Positions 1-12,869 of a DNA stretch of 64,000 nucleotides are shown in pieces. Source of the DNA: Eledone cirrhosa (lineage: Eukaryota); contig OZ024741.1 in NCBI GenBank assembly GCA_964016885.1, positions 270,444,001 to 270,508,000 on the forward strand, read 5' to 3'. A program made the position numbers and the translations under genes. A model generated the notes under the pieces. That model saw nothing but the letters and a program-made list of their open reading frames with translations. It had not been told where the DNA came from and made no database searches. Within the stretch, counting starts at the first letter, position 1. Each line of letters begins with the position of its first letter.

Positions 1-830
1 CCATTATCTTAAGTGCTAACTCATTAAAAGTAGTAATTATATCTTTTTAAAACCGGTCCAGGTCATGACCACTTCTATGGTTCGATAGGGTCAGACCAAC
101 GTCGCGGTATATTCGCATGTGAAAGTCCGGGAATCTAGTCCATAATATATCTAAAATAAATAAGCCAACCAAGTTGCATACATCAGCACTATTGAATGAT
201 CCCATTGAGACGTCGAATAGCTCTGAAGTGGTTGACTTCTTTGTCCAGGCTACTCCGTTGTTGAAGAGGGTTTTCTGGCAATGTGCAATGATCTCCAATG
301 ATCATGGACGGCAGTGTAAGTGGTAGCAAAGTCCAACACTTTGTTCAAAAGGTCACCGAGATCGACGGATAAAAATCCACAATGTTGAATTTAGTGAACT
401 TCTCTTTTTTGTAGTTGAAAGAGTTAAACCACTTAATGACGGAGGAGTCGCTGTTCTCCCACTGGGACAGGTTGGACTTAGTCCTAATGGTCTTAACTAT
501 GTTCCTAAGTTTCGCCTTACTGACCAATCCCATCTCTGTGCGTGCAGGGTTTAGTAGTCTACATGTGGGGTTAGAAGCAAAGTCTACCTTGTGATCCTTC
601 AGGGTGAGAAATGCCTCATCTTAGCTAAGCATTGGAGTTTTTTATCTACCTTAAGGGTGGCAGCAAGGTGTTTGGCTTCTGTATTGATGTTGTGATAGGC
701 CGTGGGGTCAGCCTTCTTATATTTAGAGGTTATGGTGTTACGTGCCAAGTGGCTGTATGTAGTGTTTCCTTTTCTGTACAACTTCATTGAGGCCAAGCTG
801 AGGATCCGCATAAGGTGAACTATTGTGGAA
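1..830 (-). mobile_element. Penelope-like retroelement RT fragment, degraded, runs off the window
   Basis: Broken ORFs give WTKK...FDVSMGSFNSADVCNLVGLFIL...IYRDVG (YRDDG-like) and FNIVDFYPSIS, motifs typical of Penelope-like RTs. Confidence 0.8.
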
Positions 831-904
831 CTACTTATATATATATACACATACAATTAAAAACATGCACTCATATACACACTATCTCTCACAAATAGTA
901 GTAG

Positions 905-1232
905 TAGTAGTAGTGGCGCTCCGTTGGTTATGACGAGTGTTCCAGTTGATACAATCAATGGAACAGCCTGATTGTGAAATTAACGTGCAAGTGGCTGAGC
1001 ATTCCACAGACACATGTACCCTTAACATAGTTCTCAGGGAGATTCAGTGTGACACAGAATGTGACAAGGGTGGTCCTTCAAATTCCAGGTACAACTCATT
1101 TTTGCCAGTTGAGTAGACTGGAGCAACGTGAAATAAATTGTCTTGCTCAAGGACACAAAATGTCGCCGGGAATCGAACTCACGACCTTACGATTGTGAGC
1201 CGAATACCCTAACCACAAAGCCACGCAACTTC
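905..1232 (-). mobile_element. tRNA-derived SINE
   Basis: Minus strand shows A/B boxes (TGGCTTTGTGG...GTTCGATTCC), a CCTTGAGCAAGAC core and a (CTA)n tail. Confidence 0.75.
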
Positions 1233-1994
1233 ACCTTTCTCTCACAAATATATATTTGTTAATAATCTGCTAGCCTGCCAGCACCATTCACGGGAGCTGA
1301 TATATGGACACTTGATTTGCTAGAAATAGCAGCCAAATCACACTTCAATTTCACCCTATCATTAATAAAAAAAGAAAAACCAAATTAAACTTTTTTCAGA
1401 AAAAAAAATGAGAAGCCCACATTAGACAATGAAATCGTGGGTAGTATAAAAAAAGAAGAGATGGTCACAACTGGAGTATCTTTGATACTAAGTTTGCTCC
1501 TTCATCAGAGCAGACAAGGCAAAACAGCAGCAAAAAAGGGAGGGGGGGAGGTCACGGACAGTGTAGGGCTTCTGGGTATTGTTGTTAAGGCATGACTGCT
1601 ACCACACACCACATATATACCTATATCTGGTCATTCTGGTGAAAGACTTTTAAATTAAAATTTTTTTTTTAAAAGGCGGGGGCTGTACAGGAGACATTAT
1701 AAATAAAATCATCATCATCATCACCGTTTTACGTCCGTTCTTCCATGCTAGCATGGGTTAGACGGGTTGTCCTGTTGTGGGCAGTGTCTGGTCGGCTGAC
1801 CATGCCTTGCTCATAAAATAGATAAAAGAAAAGAAAAAAAAATGGTTGATCATGGCTGGAATGTTTTTGATCCTAAGTTTTAACTATCTGGGATGAGCTT
1901 GGACCATAAGCAACAACATGTTAGCCAACACTGATGGGGAAATGAAGTAGTGAGTTATTGTTGACACAAATTGAAAAAAGAAAAAAAATTTTTT

Positions 1995-2433
1995 TAACCC
2001 TTTAGCATTTACATTACTGTATATACTATTGTATTTTATAGTAAACACTTTATCTTACATAATATCGAATCTATGAGATTTTGATATTATTTACTTGGAG
2101 AACAATACCTTAACATCAGTATAAGCGGCCAATTTCAACTGGTTTGAACAGAAAGAGGTGAGACATTTCTGGCCGGATATGGCTGATTTGAATGCAGGTT
2201 AAAGCGACCTTAACTGGCCAGAACTCTCCCACTTCTTTCTGTTCAAAGTGGCCACAACTGTCCAGAATTCTTTCATCTTATTCTGTTCAAACCAGCTGTA
2301 ACCGGCCGCTCATACTGATCTTAAGGTATTGTTCTCAAAATAAATATCAAAATCTCATAGATTCAATATTATGTGAGATAAAGCCTTTACGACAAAAATA
2401 CAATAGTAAATATACAGTAATGTAAATGGGTTA
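1995..2433. mobile_element. piggyBac-like MITE, rearranged/composite
   Basis: Starts TTAA-CCCTTTAGCATTTA, ends GGG-TTAA, and shares internal sequence with 12243-12450. Confidence 0.6.
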
Positions 2434-4398
2434 ATTGAGATGAAATTTTATGAGAAAACATTTTAAATGTTGATAGTGTGGTAATGTGGGATTAAAAAGG
2501 GTGGGGTGTGGTGGAGAGCTGAGATTATGTAGGGTGGAGTGAGAGAGAGAGGGAGATCATATCTGGGACAAAAATCAATCAAAAGTTATATCTATCTATC
2601 TATAAATACACACACATGTGGAGATATGTAAAATACTGACCGCGGCGCCAAGCGGTTTCGGCTTGTATGTTCAGCAAGCCTTTATGTATACACACACATG
2701 TATATATAAACACACACACATTATATATATATATATACACACACACCAAACACATATATATATATATATATATATAGACACACCATACATACAGTTATAG
2801 ACACACCATACACACAATTATAAACACACACCGTACATAGATATATAAATATTATTCGTGGTGTTTCTCTCTATCAAAAAGAGTCCATGTTCTTACATCA
2901 TTGAGTGTATAGAATGTACCTCAAATAATTGGACTTGTGGTGCTGCAGAACAACTTTGATGAACTAATATATATATATAGCTATCATGATCAGCATCGTT
3001 TAACGTCCATCTTCCATTCCATGCTTGCGTGGAAAGATGAAACTGGTCAGGTGAGAACATCTAATATGTTCTGTTTAGGGCTGTATTTCTACATCATGAT
3101 GCCCTTTATAATGCCAACCACATGGACTGGGAGTATCTTATGATGGCAACAGCACTACCACCTTACAAGGTTGGTTGGGTGCTTTTTGTCCTGGCATATA
3201 TATATAGTGTAAACAAAGTTTCATACATTTTATATATTTATGTAATTCACCTAAAGGCATAACTTGTCTACCTGTTTTGCTATGTCCCATTGTACATTGG
3301 AATGAACAGTATTGACCTTAATGTACCAAAACTGTAGTGAGTTCCAGAGGTTGACTGAGGAGAGGGGCTGTCCATCTTTCCGTTGTTTTTTCTATTGTCT
3401 TTGTCCTGTGCAGTCCCTATTTTGAATTCATATTCAAAAGACTTAGCCATGAGGGCTTTTTTTGTAATTATACATATATATATATATATATATATGTATA
3501 TCTGTGTGTGTCTTAGTAACAATGTTTAACATAATAGCTCCAAGCCAGGTAATAAACTGAATAAAGTCTAGCAAGAGCTAACTAACCCGAAGCCAGTCTG
3601 TATAACTTGCTGAATGTCTGACCAGGTGATAAACTACATTTACACATAGCTCCCCCACCTATCCACTGAGACCAGACGAAATATATTTCAAACATATTAC
3701 ACCCACCAGATAAGGGAGCTAGGAAGGACACAGGGTGCAGGTTTGTTTGCTTTAATTATATTTTGCAGTCAGGTAAAGGGTTGAAGTACCCTGTAAAGAT
3801 ATGTAGGAGTGAAACTACATCCATGACCATGTTTCTACTGGACTAGAACTGATTCATTCATAGTTCTAGTCCTGTAGAAGTCATTTCTATATATATATAT
3901 TTATATATATATATATATATATATATAGTAATAATAAATGTGAAGACTAAAATCCAAAGAGGGCTCGATAATGATTATATATATATATGTATGTGTATAT
4001 ATATATATATACACACATACACATATATATACACACATACACATAAATATGATGTTTGTTATTGTTATTCCTCACATAGTATTTAGACTTTTTCAAAGAC
4101 AGAGTTATCTTTTCTTTACTTCTGCCCTCACCCTCTCTTTCTCACATACGCACACAAATAGGAAAACAACTCAAGTTGTCAACACATCACGGGACAGAGA
4201 TAGACATAACATGTGTATATACATGTGTGTGTGTATATATATATATTATACATATAGTAAGGTTTTTAAATATATCCCACATGGGTAAAAACAGCAAAAA
4301 GCAGTTGAAAATGCAATTGAAGTCTTTAAGAAGGTTTATTTACAATTTGTAAATGAACCTTCTTAAAGTCTCCAATTGCATTTTCAACTTCTTTTTCC

Positions 4399-4444
<46 letters not shown>

Positions 4445-4605
4445 ATATAGAAATATTCTACAGGACTAGAACTATTTCATTCGGGAGAAATCAATGAAAC
4501 AGTCCTAGTCCTGTAGAAGCCATTTCTATATTAAATATTTATACTCTGCTATGTATTGAGTAGCTTACTTACTGTGGTTACCCCCCGATTGAACCTAGGA
4601 TAACT

Positions 4606-4676
<71 letters not shown>

Positions 4677-4718
4677 ATATGTGTAGATATGTATGAAAAG
4701 AAAGAAAATACAGTAATC

Positions 4719-5141
4719 TTATCCAAGAAGCATTTGAATGTCTTCGTCACCATTGCCAGCTGGAGAATCTGCGGCTATCCGTGTGTAAGCTAACGTTACT
4801 GGTTGCTTTCTTCGTGTGAGACGATAGCGAACTGCAAAGAGTACAACCCCACCAATGATGCAGAAGCATATGACAAACACAACAACAAGGCAGGTGACGA
4901 GCAGCCAATTCTTTTTAACTTTGGCGGGGGGTTGCACCCCTGGTCGAATCAACTGGACCACGCTTGTTCCTTTAGGAGAGGCATTGTCAGTGTCATCGCT
5001 GTCGGACTCGGAGTCAGAACCCTGTGATGACGGAATCGTGGATAATTCACTGCTGTCATTGGTAAACCAGGAAGGAACGAAACATCGATTGGAAGGACAG
5101 CAACACACCTCAGATGTCACTGATGATGGGGCAACTGTGAT
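4719..5141 (-). CDS. Last coding exon of LU/ET-module-like type-I membrane protein (end of domain 2, acidic stalk, TM helix, cytoplasmic tail)
   Basis: Acceptor TTCTTTCAG, phase 0. Reads ITVAPSSVTSEVCCCPSNRC...WLLVTCLVVVFVICFCIIGGVVLFAV RYRLTRRK...YTRI...DIQMLLG*. Confidence 0.85.
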   Translation of the reverse strand: MTVAPSSVTSEVCCCPSNRCFVPSWFTNDSSELSTIPSSQGSDSESDSDDTDNASPKGTSVVQLIRPGVQPPAKVKKNWLLVTCLVVVFVICFCIIGGVVLFAVRYRLTRRKQPVTLAYTRIAADSPAGNGDEDIQMLLG

Positions 5142-5169
5142 CTGAAAGAAAGAAACAGAAGATATAAAC

Positions 5170-5525
5170 ATCATCATCATCATTGTTTAACGTCCACTTT
5201 CCACGCTAGCATGGGTTAGACAGGTTGTCCCATTTAAGGCAAGTCAGGTCAGGTGACAATCCTGCTAATACAGAACTGTTTCTAGCTAGATCTCTACAGC
5301 TGGATGCCCTTCCTAACGCCAACCACATTTACAGTGTGTGCTGGGTGTTTTTGTCATGACACCTACATGACCACTTTACAGTGTGTGCTGGGTGCTTTTT
5401 GTGATGACACCTACATGACCACTTACAGTAAGTATTGGGTGCTTTTTGTCATGACACATACACAACCACTTTACAGTGTGGACTGGGAGCTTTTTGTCGT
5501 GATACCTACACAACCATTTTACAAT
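5170..5525 (-). mobile_element. SINE/RTE 3' tail with ~4 internal 48-bp repeats
   Basis: (CAT)n tail, GGATGCCCTTCCTAACGCC motif, repeated CCACTTTACAGTGTG...GGGTGCTTTTTG unit. Confidence 0.7.
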
Positions 5526-5639
5526 TTATTACAATTTGATAAATCAATCAGATATAAGATCAAATACTTTCCAGCCATTAGAAACCATTCAAAGTGGGAG
5601 TCGGACTTCACCCAGGGTGTGTACTGTCATCTCACGTGT

Positions 5640-6000
5640 TAATTATTTTCATGAACAGGATTGACACGCACAGCCAGGTTGAATGTGGTATCACAACTGG
5701 CAGGTGTGGAATCAGTCAGTTGGAAATTGCAGATGATATGGTATTACTTAACTAGTTAGAATGTCTCGGGAAAGAATTGCTGGACAGATTTTATGGGCAA
5801 AACCAGCAAACAGGAGACCCAGGGTAAACCCCGAGCAAGATGGCTGGATAACATCCATGAGCTTGGCTGGTCGTGCTTGGGGATCTAGCCGGATCAGTTG
5901 GAGACGCTTGCTTCTGACAGGACCTACTGGAAGGAGTGTTCGAGGACTGCCCCCACGACCCTCTTAGGAAGATGTAGGCGAAGAAGATTCTGACCATCCT
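5640..6000 (+). mobile_element. LINE ORF2 3' end fragment (RTE-like); related inverted copy at ~14330-14720
   Basis: ERIAGQILWAKP...RRPR C-terminal motif; similar sequence on the minus strand at 14.3-14.7 kb. Confidence 0.6.
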
Positions 6001-6259
6001 GTCATTTGTTATTGCTCTTTAACTCCAGGTTAGCTCTAATGGATTACATATATAGTCAAAAGCATTTTAGCTGGGACTGTCCTATCTTTTTTTTTATTTT
6101 TATTGTTTAACCCCAGGTCAGCCTTGATGGATTAGACCTGTGGTTTTTAACTTAAATAGTAGTGCCCTGTTCAGGGTTACAAATGTCATTTGGTGCTATT
6201 GGGGAGGAAGAGAGGGTCTATGTGTTTAGTATTATATTTAAAACTTAAATTGTAAAGTA

Positions 6260-6576
6260 CAGTGGAACCTCGATTCACAACCTTAATTTGTTCCTGAAGT
6301 CCATTCATCATTCAAAATGTTTGTAAACTGAAACTATTTTTCCCATATGAAAATGTTGAGAGAGAGAGAGAGAGACTGTGTGAAAGACAGATAGATATTA
6401 CCATAGTAACTAACTACACAGCAAGTGAGGCTTTTCAGCAGATACTCTCAGCTTGTTATCAACTGTTGTTGCCAGCTTGCATGTTCATTACTCAAAGCAC
6501 CGTTGGTCACCCGAGACGTTTTATGTTCAAAAAAATTGTTCATGATGCAAGGCGTTCATGAACCGAGGTTCCACTG
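6260..6576. mobile_element. Tigger/pogo-like MITE
   Basis: TA-CAGTGGAACCTCG ... CGAGGTTCCACTG-TA: terminal inverted repeats with TA duplication. Confidence 0.8.
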
Positions 6577-7201
6577 TAGTTCTTTGTTTTAAATTTCTTA
6601 TTTATATGCACTAACAATATAAATCTAAAGAGTTTTGTTTGAAGTCTACCACAATGTGAATAGGAGAGTAAAATATTAGAAATATAATGATAACAATGAT
6701 GTGTTACCTAGTTCTTTATAATTCCTTTATATTGCGGGTTAAAATCCCTTCATCAAAAGATTAATAGAAGAAACCTAGAAAGAACTGCAAGGTAACATCC
6801 CAACAACATTTATTAACATTTACAATCCAATTCGCATTGTGGGAACCTTCAAACAAAACATTATTTTATACACTTTACACAAGACTTCTTGCAACATTCT
6901 CTTATAAATCTAAATACAATTTTATAGAAACCACATAATACAACAGCTGCAGTCACAAAAGAAAGACAAGATGTTTTCTGTTAGAGTTATTAAACCTATT
7001 TAACCACAGGACAGCCTTGATCAAGTAGTCCTATGATCAATAACATCTTAGTTATAACCATCTTATCTATTTCTTAGCGAGAAGAGTGAGATTTGTTTCC
7101 TATATCAACACAGAGGCTCTATGACTTCTATGGTACAAGGCAGAGGAGAAAGAAATAAGACAGGAGATGATAGCCTTTACAGGAAAGTCTCATATACATT
7201 T

Positions 7202-7575
7202 ACAGGGTGTGTCAGTGTTTTGAGGACACCTCTTTCTTGGGCTCTAACTTTCTTATTACTAATTTGTTTTTTTTTATTTTTCAGATAAATAATGCCAGAC
7301 ATTAAATTGTACTCAGCAGATAAAAAGACACTGTAATCATTGCCTTAAAAGCATAGAATAGTGATATAGCGATAACTTCCTTCTTGAAAGTTGCCCGGTC
7401 CTTCATAGCTAAAGTTAGATAGGATCTGGAAGCTGCTGACGGGGATCCAACATCAGCAACCAAGCACAAAATGCATGGACAAGGCCCTAATACAATCAGA
7501 ACGCCTAAGTTTGTAAAAAACATAAAAAAATTAATCGATAAAACTCCAGAAAAGTCAATCAGAGCCATTACAATA
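7202..7575 (+). mobile_element. Tc1/mariner 5' remnant
   Basis: TACAGGGTG terminus followed by an HTH-region-like translation (IRTPKFVKNIKKLIDKTPEKSIRAI). Confidence 0.6.
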
Positions 7576-7679
7576 TATATATATATATTGAATTGTGAAC
7601 TAAGCAGACAAACAACAACAAGCCTTTTATGGCTATCTTCCCTGCTAAACTAGGAGTTAGTTTTGCAGGCTCAATGATT

Positions 7680-8220
7680 TCATTTTCCCTATCGTCTGCA
7701 TCCCTCCCTCACCAACTCCCTATCTTTCATTTCTTCCTCCATCTTATTTAACCGTGTCTTCCATGGTCTTCCCTTTTCCTCTACTTCCTTCCACATTTAT
7801 GTCCATCTCTCCCCCTCATCCAGTTATTTTCATCCTGCCTCATCACATGACTCAGCCATTTCTCTTACCAATATTCAACACTGGTTCTATTTCTACCATC
7901 CTCTACAATTCATTGTTTATCTTCTGCTCTCTGAGTGGTAATCTACTACTCATCCATCAGACCATTCTCATTCCTATTCTTTCCAGTGCTCTCAATTGTT
8001 CCATGTTCATCATTCATGTCTCACCCCCATAAATCATAGCACTTCTCACACATGCAGCATACACCTCTCCCTTCAGTTTCAGCAACACTCCCTTCCTCAT
8101 TGACCCATCACTCAGTTCCTGGAACTTCTTCCATACACATCTCACTCTACTGTCACAGAGTCTGATCCACTTTCTCTATCCAACATGTCTCCAAGGTAAC
8201 CTTCTAGATACTGTGCCCCA
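7680..8220 (-). mobile_element. Degenerate RTE-like ORF2 3' fragment
   Basis: YLGDML...GSDSVT...FQEL motif on the minus strand, similar to the RTE copies elsewhere in the window. Confidence 0.55.
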
Positions 8221-9086
8221 AAATACTCAGAGGAAAGGTACGGTATCTGTAACACCTGATGGAGTCGTAGTGACTTACAACATATCTTGGGCATTTTAAA
8301 TCTGGTGAAGCCCATCTCCTCTCCAGGACTGAACAGAGCAAATTTTTTTTTCCACAGGACAGAGAGTGAGAAAGAGACATAGAGGAAGAATTGACACCAG
8401 TACAGGACTAGTACTTTTTTTATCGACTTCAAAAGGACAAAAAACAAATGTGACCTCAGTGAAATTTGAAATCAGACTGCAGAGATCTGGAACGAACACC
8501 ATAAAGTATTTTATCTGACATTCTAATAACTCTGCCAATTCACTGCCTATATGGGTTAACTCTTTAGCATTTAAACCGGTCATATCCAGCCATGGTGCAT
8601 GGCTTAGTGGCTAGAGCATTGGGCTTGCAATCGACAGGTTGTGAGTTCAATTCTCGGACCGGGTGATGTGTTGTTTCCTTGAACAAAACACTTTATTTCA
8701 CGTTGCTCCAGTTTATTCAGCTGTAGAAATGAGATGATAGGACTGGGGTCCGTATCATTAAATCACCCAAGACACTTCCAACGAGATATACCTTGGAGGA
8801 GGCCAGCTAAACCTGCATAGATGTGAGCTGTCACACCCATATCCAGCCAGAATTCTTTCACCTCTTTCTGTTCAAACCAGCCATATCTGGCTGCTCATAG
8901 TGATGTTAAGGTATTGTTCTTAGAATAAATAATATCTGAATCTCATAGATTCAATATTATGTGAAATAATTATGTGAAAATGTTTATCATGACAATATAA
9001 TAGTAAATATAGAGTAATGTAAATGGTAAAAGTACAAAATTTAAAATAAAATAAAAAGTTGTGGTCAGTTTTGTGTTGTTACCTAC

Positions 9087-9247
9087 ATTGACACAGGGAT
9101 TGTGAATGGTCAAGTTCAAAGCATCACAGAGATCAACAGGTTCGCAGGAATAGTGTTCCTGAACAGATAGTGCTCCGTTGATCCAAGCAATGGTTGTATT
9201 TTTTACACACATGCCATCTGTCCGATGACATTCTTCGTACTGGTGAC
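9087..9247 (-). CDS. Internal exon of LU/ET-like receptor (domain 2 core)
   Basis: Acceptor TCTCTTCAG, donor AAT|GTAGGT, 161 nt, phase 1 to 0. Reads HQYEECHRTDGMCVKN...YSCEPVDLCDALNLTIHNPCVN. Confidence 0.85.
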
Positions 9248-9679
9248 CTGAAGAGATAATATAAATATATTTAGATACTTAATCATAGCATGTTACATGT
9301 GTAGACAGAGGTTGATGACCTTTCACCATACAACATCATATAATCTGCCCTTCATTCCGAGAGAAACCTCTGTTACCAGCAGAGGTAACAACTCTCTGAA
9401 CTTCAACTACCCTGTTTTTTTATACAGTACAACCACCTCAACTGCTAATGAAATCGCCCTGTCCTCTTTCAGTAGAACCACCTCCACCGCTAAAGAGGTC
9501 ACCCAGGACCACCTCCACTGCTAATGAGGTCACCTAGATAACCAAAACTTTCCACCATTTCCAATGAGACTTCTGAACATTTTAGAGAGCTTATTTCTTG
9601 AGTAACTTTACTGTACCCAATTTTACTCAGAAGGCACGAGTCAACCCGAGGCTGTGGTAAATGACATTGGTCAAGATAC

Positions 9680-10130
9680 CATCTGGTTCCTCCATCCTCA
9701 CATCAATGAGCCACATGATGTCATCTGGTTCCTCCAGTCTCACAATGAGCCACAAGATCTCATCTGGTTCCTCCAGTCTCACAATGAGCCACAAGATCTC
9801 ATCTGGTTCCTCCAGTCTCACAATGAGCCACAAGATCTCATCTGGTTCCTCCAGCCTCACAACAATGAGCCACAAGATCTCATCTGGTTCCTCCAGCCTC
9901 ACAACAATGAGCCACAAGATCTCATCTAGGTCCTCCAGCCTCACAACAATGAGCCACAAGATCTCATCTGGTTCCTCCAGCCTCACAACAATGAACCACA
10001 AGATCTCATCTAGGTCCTCCAGCCTCACGACATTGAGCCACAAGATGACACTGGTTTCCCTGGCCTCACAACATTGAGCTACAAGATGACACTGGTTTCT
10101 CTGGCCTCACAACATTGAGCTACAAGATGC
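9680..10130. repeat. Intronic minisatellite, 39/42-bp unit
   Basis: TCATCTGGTTCCTCCAGTCTCACAATGAGCCACAAGATC repeated about 10 times. Confidence 0.95.
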
Positions 10131-10374
10131 CAAACAGAAGAATTGAACCCTGTGTCCAATGATTGTAAAGCAAACATCTTGACCATTTGACCAGGAACTA
10201 AACAACAACTGGACTGATTGATAATGATGATGGTAATAATGGTGGTGATAATGATTATGATGGTAATGAAGATGATGATGATGATAATGGTGGTGTTGAT
10301 GATACAATTGTAACTATGTAAAATATGCAACATTCAATGATCAAGACACAAAGGTAATAATGTTGAGGAAAAGC

Positions 10375-10412
<38 letters not shown>

Positions 10413-10422
10413 ACACACACAC

Positions 10423-10558
10423 CTATAACAGTACTGTTTTGTCTTGATGCCTGGTAACATGTTGTGGTTACTGGTGGTTCTGGTCCAGCTAATGTATGGT
10501 CATTACACTTGGTTAAATTACAACAGGTTAGGTGACCGGTAAGACCTTGGTATGTTAC
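10423..10558 (-). CDS. Internal exon of LU/ET-like receptor (CCxxxxCN end of domain 1, start of domain 2)
   Basis: Acceptor TTGTTCCAG, donor AG|GTGTGT, 136 nt, phase 0 to 1. Reads VTYQGLTGHLTCCNLTKCNDHTLAGPEPPVTTTCYQASRQNSTVI. Confidence 0.85.
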
Positions 10559-10630
10559 CTGGAACAAATTAACATAAAATAATATTATTTGTAGGGTTAG
10601 CCAAACAAAATGGTCATTACACTTGGTTAA

Positions 10631-10802
10631 TCCTTTAGCATTTAAACCGGCTGTATCCGGCCAGAATTCTCTCACCTCTTTCCGGCCACTCATACTAATG
10701 TATGAGGTATTGTTCTCAAAATAAATAATATCAAAATCTTGTAGATTCGATATTATGTGAAAATACAATAGTAAAATATAGAGTAATGTAAATGCTAAAA
10801 GG
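10631..10802. mobile_element. piggyBac-like MITE
   Basis: TTAA on both flanks; CCTTTAGCATTTA / TAAATGCTAAAAGG terminal inverted repeats. Confidence 0.8.
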
Positions 10803-10850
10803 TTAAATTACAACAGTTTAGGTGACTGGTAAGACCTTGGTATGTTACCT

Positions 10851-11130
10851 TCCCAGAAAGCAATGGGTGTCCCTTAATCTGATCCACACAACACATGCCA
10901 GGACAGCCCATCATCTCCATCGATGGAAAATAAAAGACAGCTCAGCATGTGACTGTGGGAACCCAGACCAGACAGAACTACATGTTGTTCGGGATTGCCC
11001 CCCCCACCCCCTCAGACGTTTTCCCGGTGGTCTGGAGGCAATCCATAATACTACAAATGACGCCTTCGTCTGGCTCACCAATCTCGGTCTCTCTCTAATC
11101 ATTTGTATATGTCATACAACAAGAAGACTA
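10851..11130 (+). mobile_element. Non-LTR retrotransposon 3' fragment with CCHC knuckle (RTEX/Jockey-like)
   Basis: LHRWKIKDSSACDCGNPDQTELHVVRDCP. Confidence 0.65.
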
Positions 11131-12242
11131 TTTAGTTACAGCCATTTATGTTCTGAGTTCAAATCTCGCTTAAGTCAACTTCGCCTTTCATCCTTTCAGG
11201 GGTCGGTAAAATAAAGACCCAGGGTTTGATGCAATCAGCTTCCTCTCCCCACAAGTTGTTAACCTTGTACTTAACTTAGAAATCAATAAGTCTTCAATGT
11301 AGCCTCCCTCTTTTTCTAAAAACACTGCATTAACAATGTTAGTTATAATGTTCCATTCATGACCAGCCTGTCGTTTTTCAGACACATTCTGTTTACAGAA
11401 ATATGGCACTTCTTGGAACTGCCAATATCCTGCAAGAGGTCCCATCTTTTTGCGGTCATATGTCTTGAAAGAACCTAGTATGTACCCATTTAAGTCTTTA
11501 TGCTGTATTAATCCTTTCCTTACAGTATTTCTAACAAAATATATATACTACTTATGTGTTTCAATTGATTTTTAAAATAATCCAAAATTTGGAGGAATTT
11601 AATACAATAAATTCTTCATTAGTAAGCTGATATTTAGAATATATTCTTAAGCTGATATTTAGAATATCAACAAAAAATTTATAAAATAAAATTAAAATGA
11701 AAATTTATATTATACGGATACACATGTAGTGGACCTACATTCCGCAGGCTCACATACATTCTCTGTGCGTGATTTGGCTCAGCTCAGCCAATCAGCGCCA
11801 GTAGAAGAGGATGTATCCCTACGCGTTCTGAAGGAGAAATAGTCCGCAAAGATTTGAGGACGCCACCACTTCCAGGCTAGACCATGCTAAGTAAACACCG
11901 CTTGTTCTTTTGCTACGCCAGCACAAACAATATGTAACACAACAATTTAACCACGGCCTGGCAACGCTTCTCTCAGCCTGTAGCCCGTGTCTTTCTGGAA
12001 TCTTAATTCGTTTGTTTAATTTCTCTTGGCATGCCAGCTCAACCTCTGTTAATAAATAATGTAAAACCAAGCAAAAGTCGTTTTTGATATTCCTATCATA
12101 TTTTTCTACCAAACCTGGTTCCTCGTGACGACATTACAACTCTCTAAAATACTTCTCCGTTAAATTGAAATTTACATCTTCAAACAAATTGGTGACAACA
12201 CATCTTACACCAAACACATTTTAAAATTAGCAATTTTTTTAA

Positions 12243-12450
12243 CCCTTTAGCATTTAAACCGGCCGTATCTGGCCTGAATTCTCTCACCACTTTCTGTTCA
12301 AACTGGTTGGAACTGGCCACTCATACTGATGTTAAGGTATTGTTCTCAAAATAAATAATATCAAAATCTCATAGATTCAATATTATGTGAGGTAAAGCCT
12401 TTACCATGAAAATATAATAGTGAATATAGAGTAATGTTAATGCTAAAGGG
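12243..12450. mobile_element. piggyBac-like MITE
   Basis: TTAA-CCCTTTAGCATT ... AATGCTAAAGGG-TTAA. Confidence 0.85.
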
Positions 12451-12869
12451 TTAATCATAAATCCTTTTCTAAACAATGAGTCAGAAGGACTCTTCAGCCG
12501 TGCCATAGACATGACAACTTCCCTAATCTTGATGATCTAATGGGCACCCAATCATAGAAAACTTGCCAAACAAAGGGTCAAAAAGAATCTTGAGCTGTGT
12601 CACAGGCATTACAAATTCCCTAGTGTTGGTGCTACAACACAATGTACTCAGCAGAGCACAGGATTGCATATCAGGCACCTAGTCCACCTTGAGGTCAGAA
12701 TACTGACCAGTCTGTGATGGCACATCCAGACTTTGCTAGCTCTTGACGTAATATATATATATATACTGAATTGTGATCTAAGCAAACAACAAAAACCAGC
12801 ATTTTATGGCCATCTTCCCTGCTAGACTAGGAGTTAGCTTTGCAGGCTCCATGACTTTATGCTTGAATA

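Noticed and set aside
9627-10077. Three overlapping repetitive ORFs
   Set aside because: By-products of a 39/42-bp minisatellite inside an intron; the flanking exons join in phase without them.
11188-11445. 85-aa ORF as a receptor exon
   Set aside because: No compatible splice phases, and the 3' part is SINE sequence.
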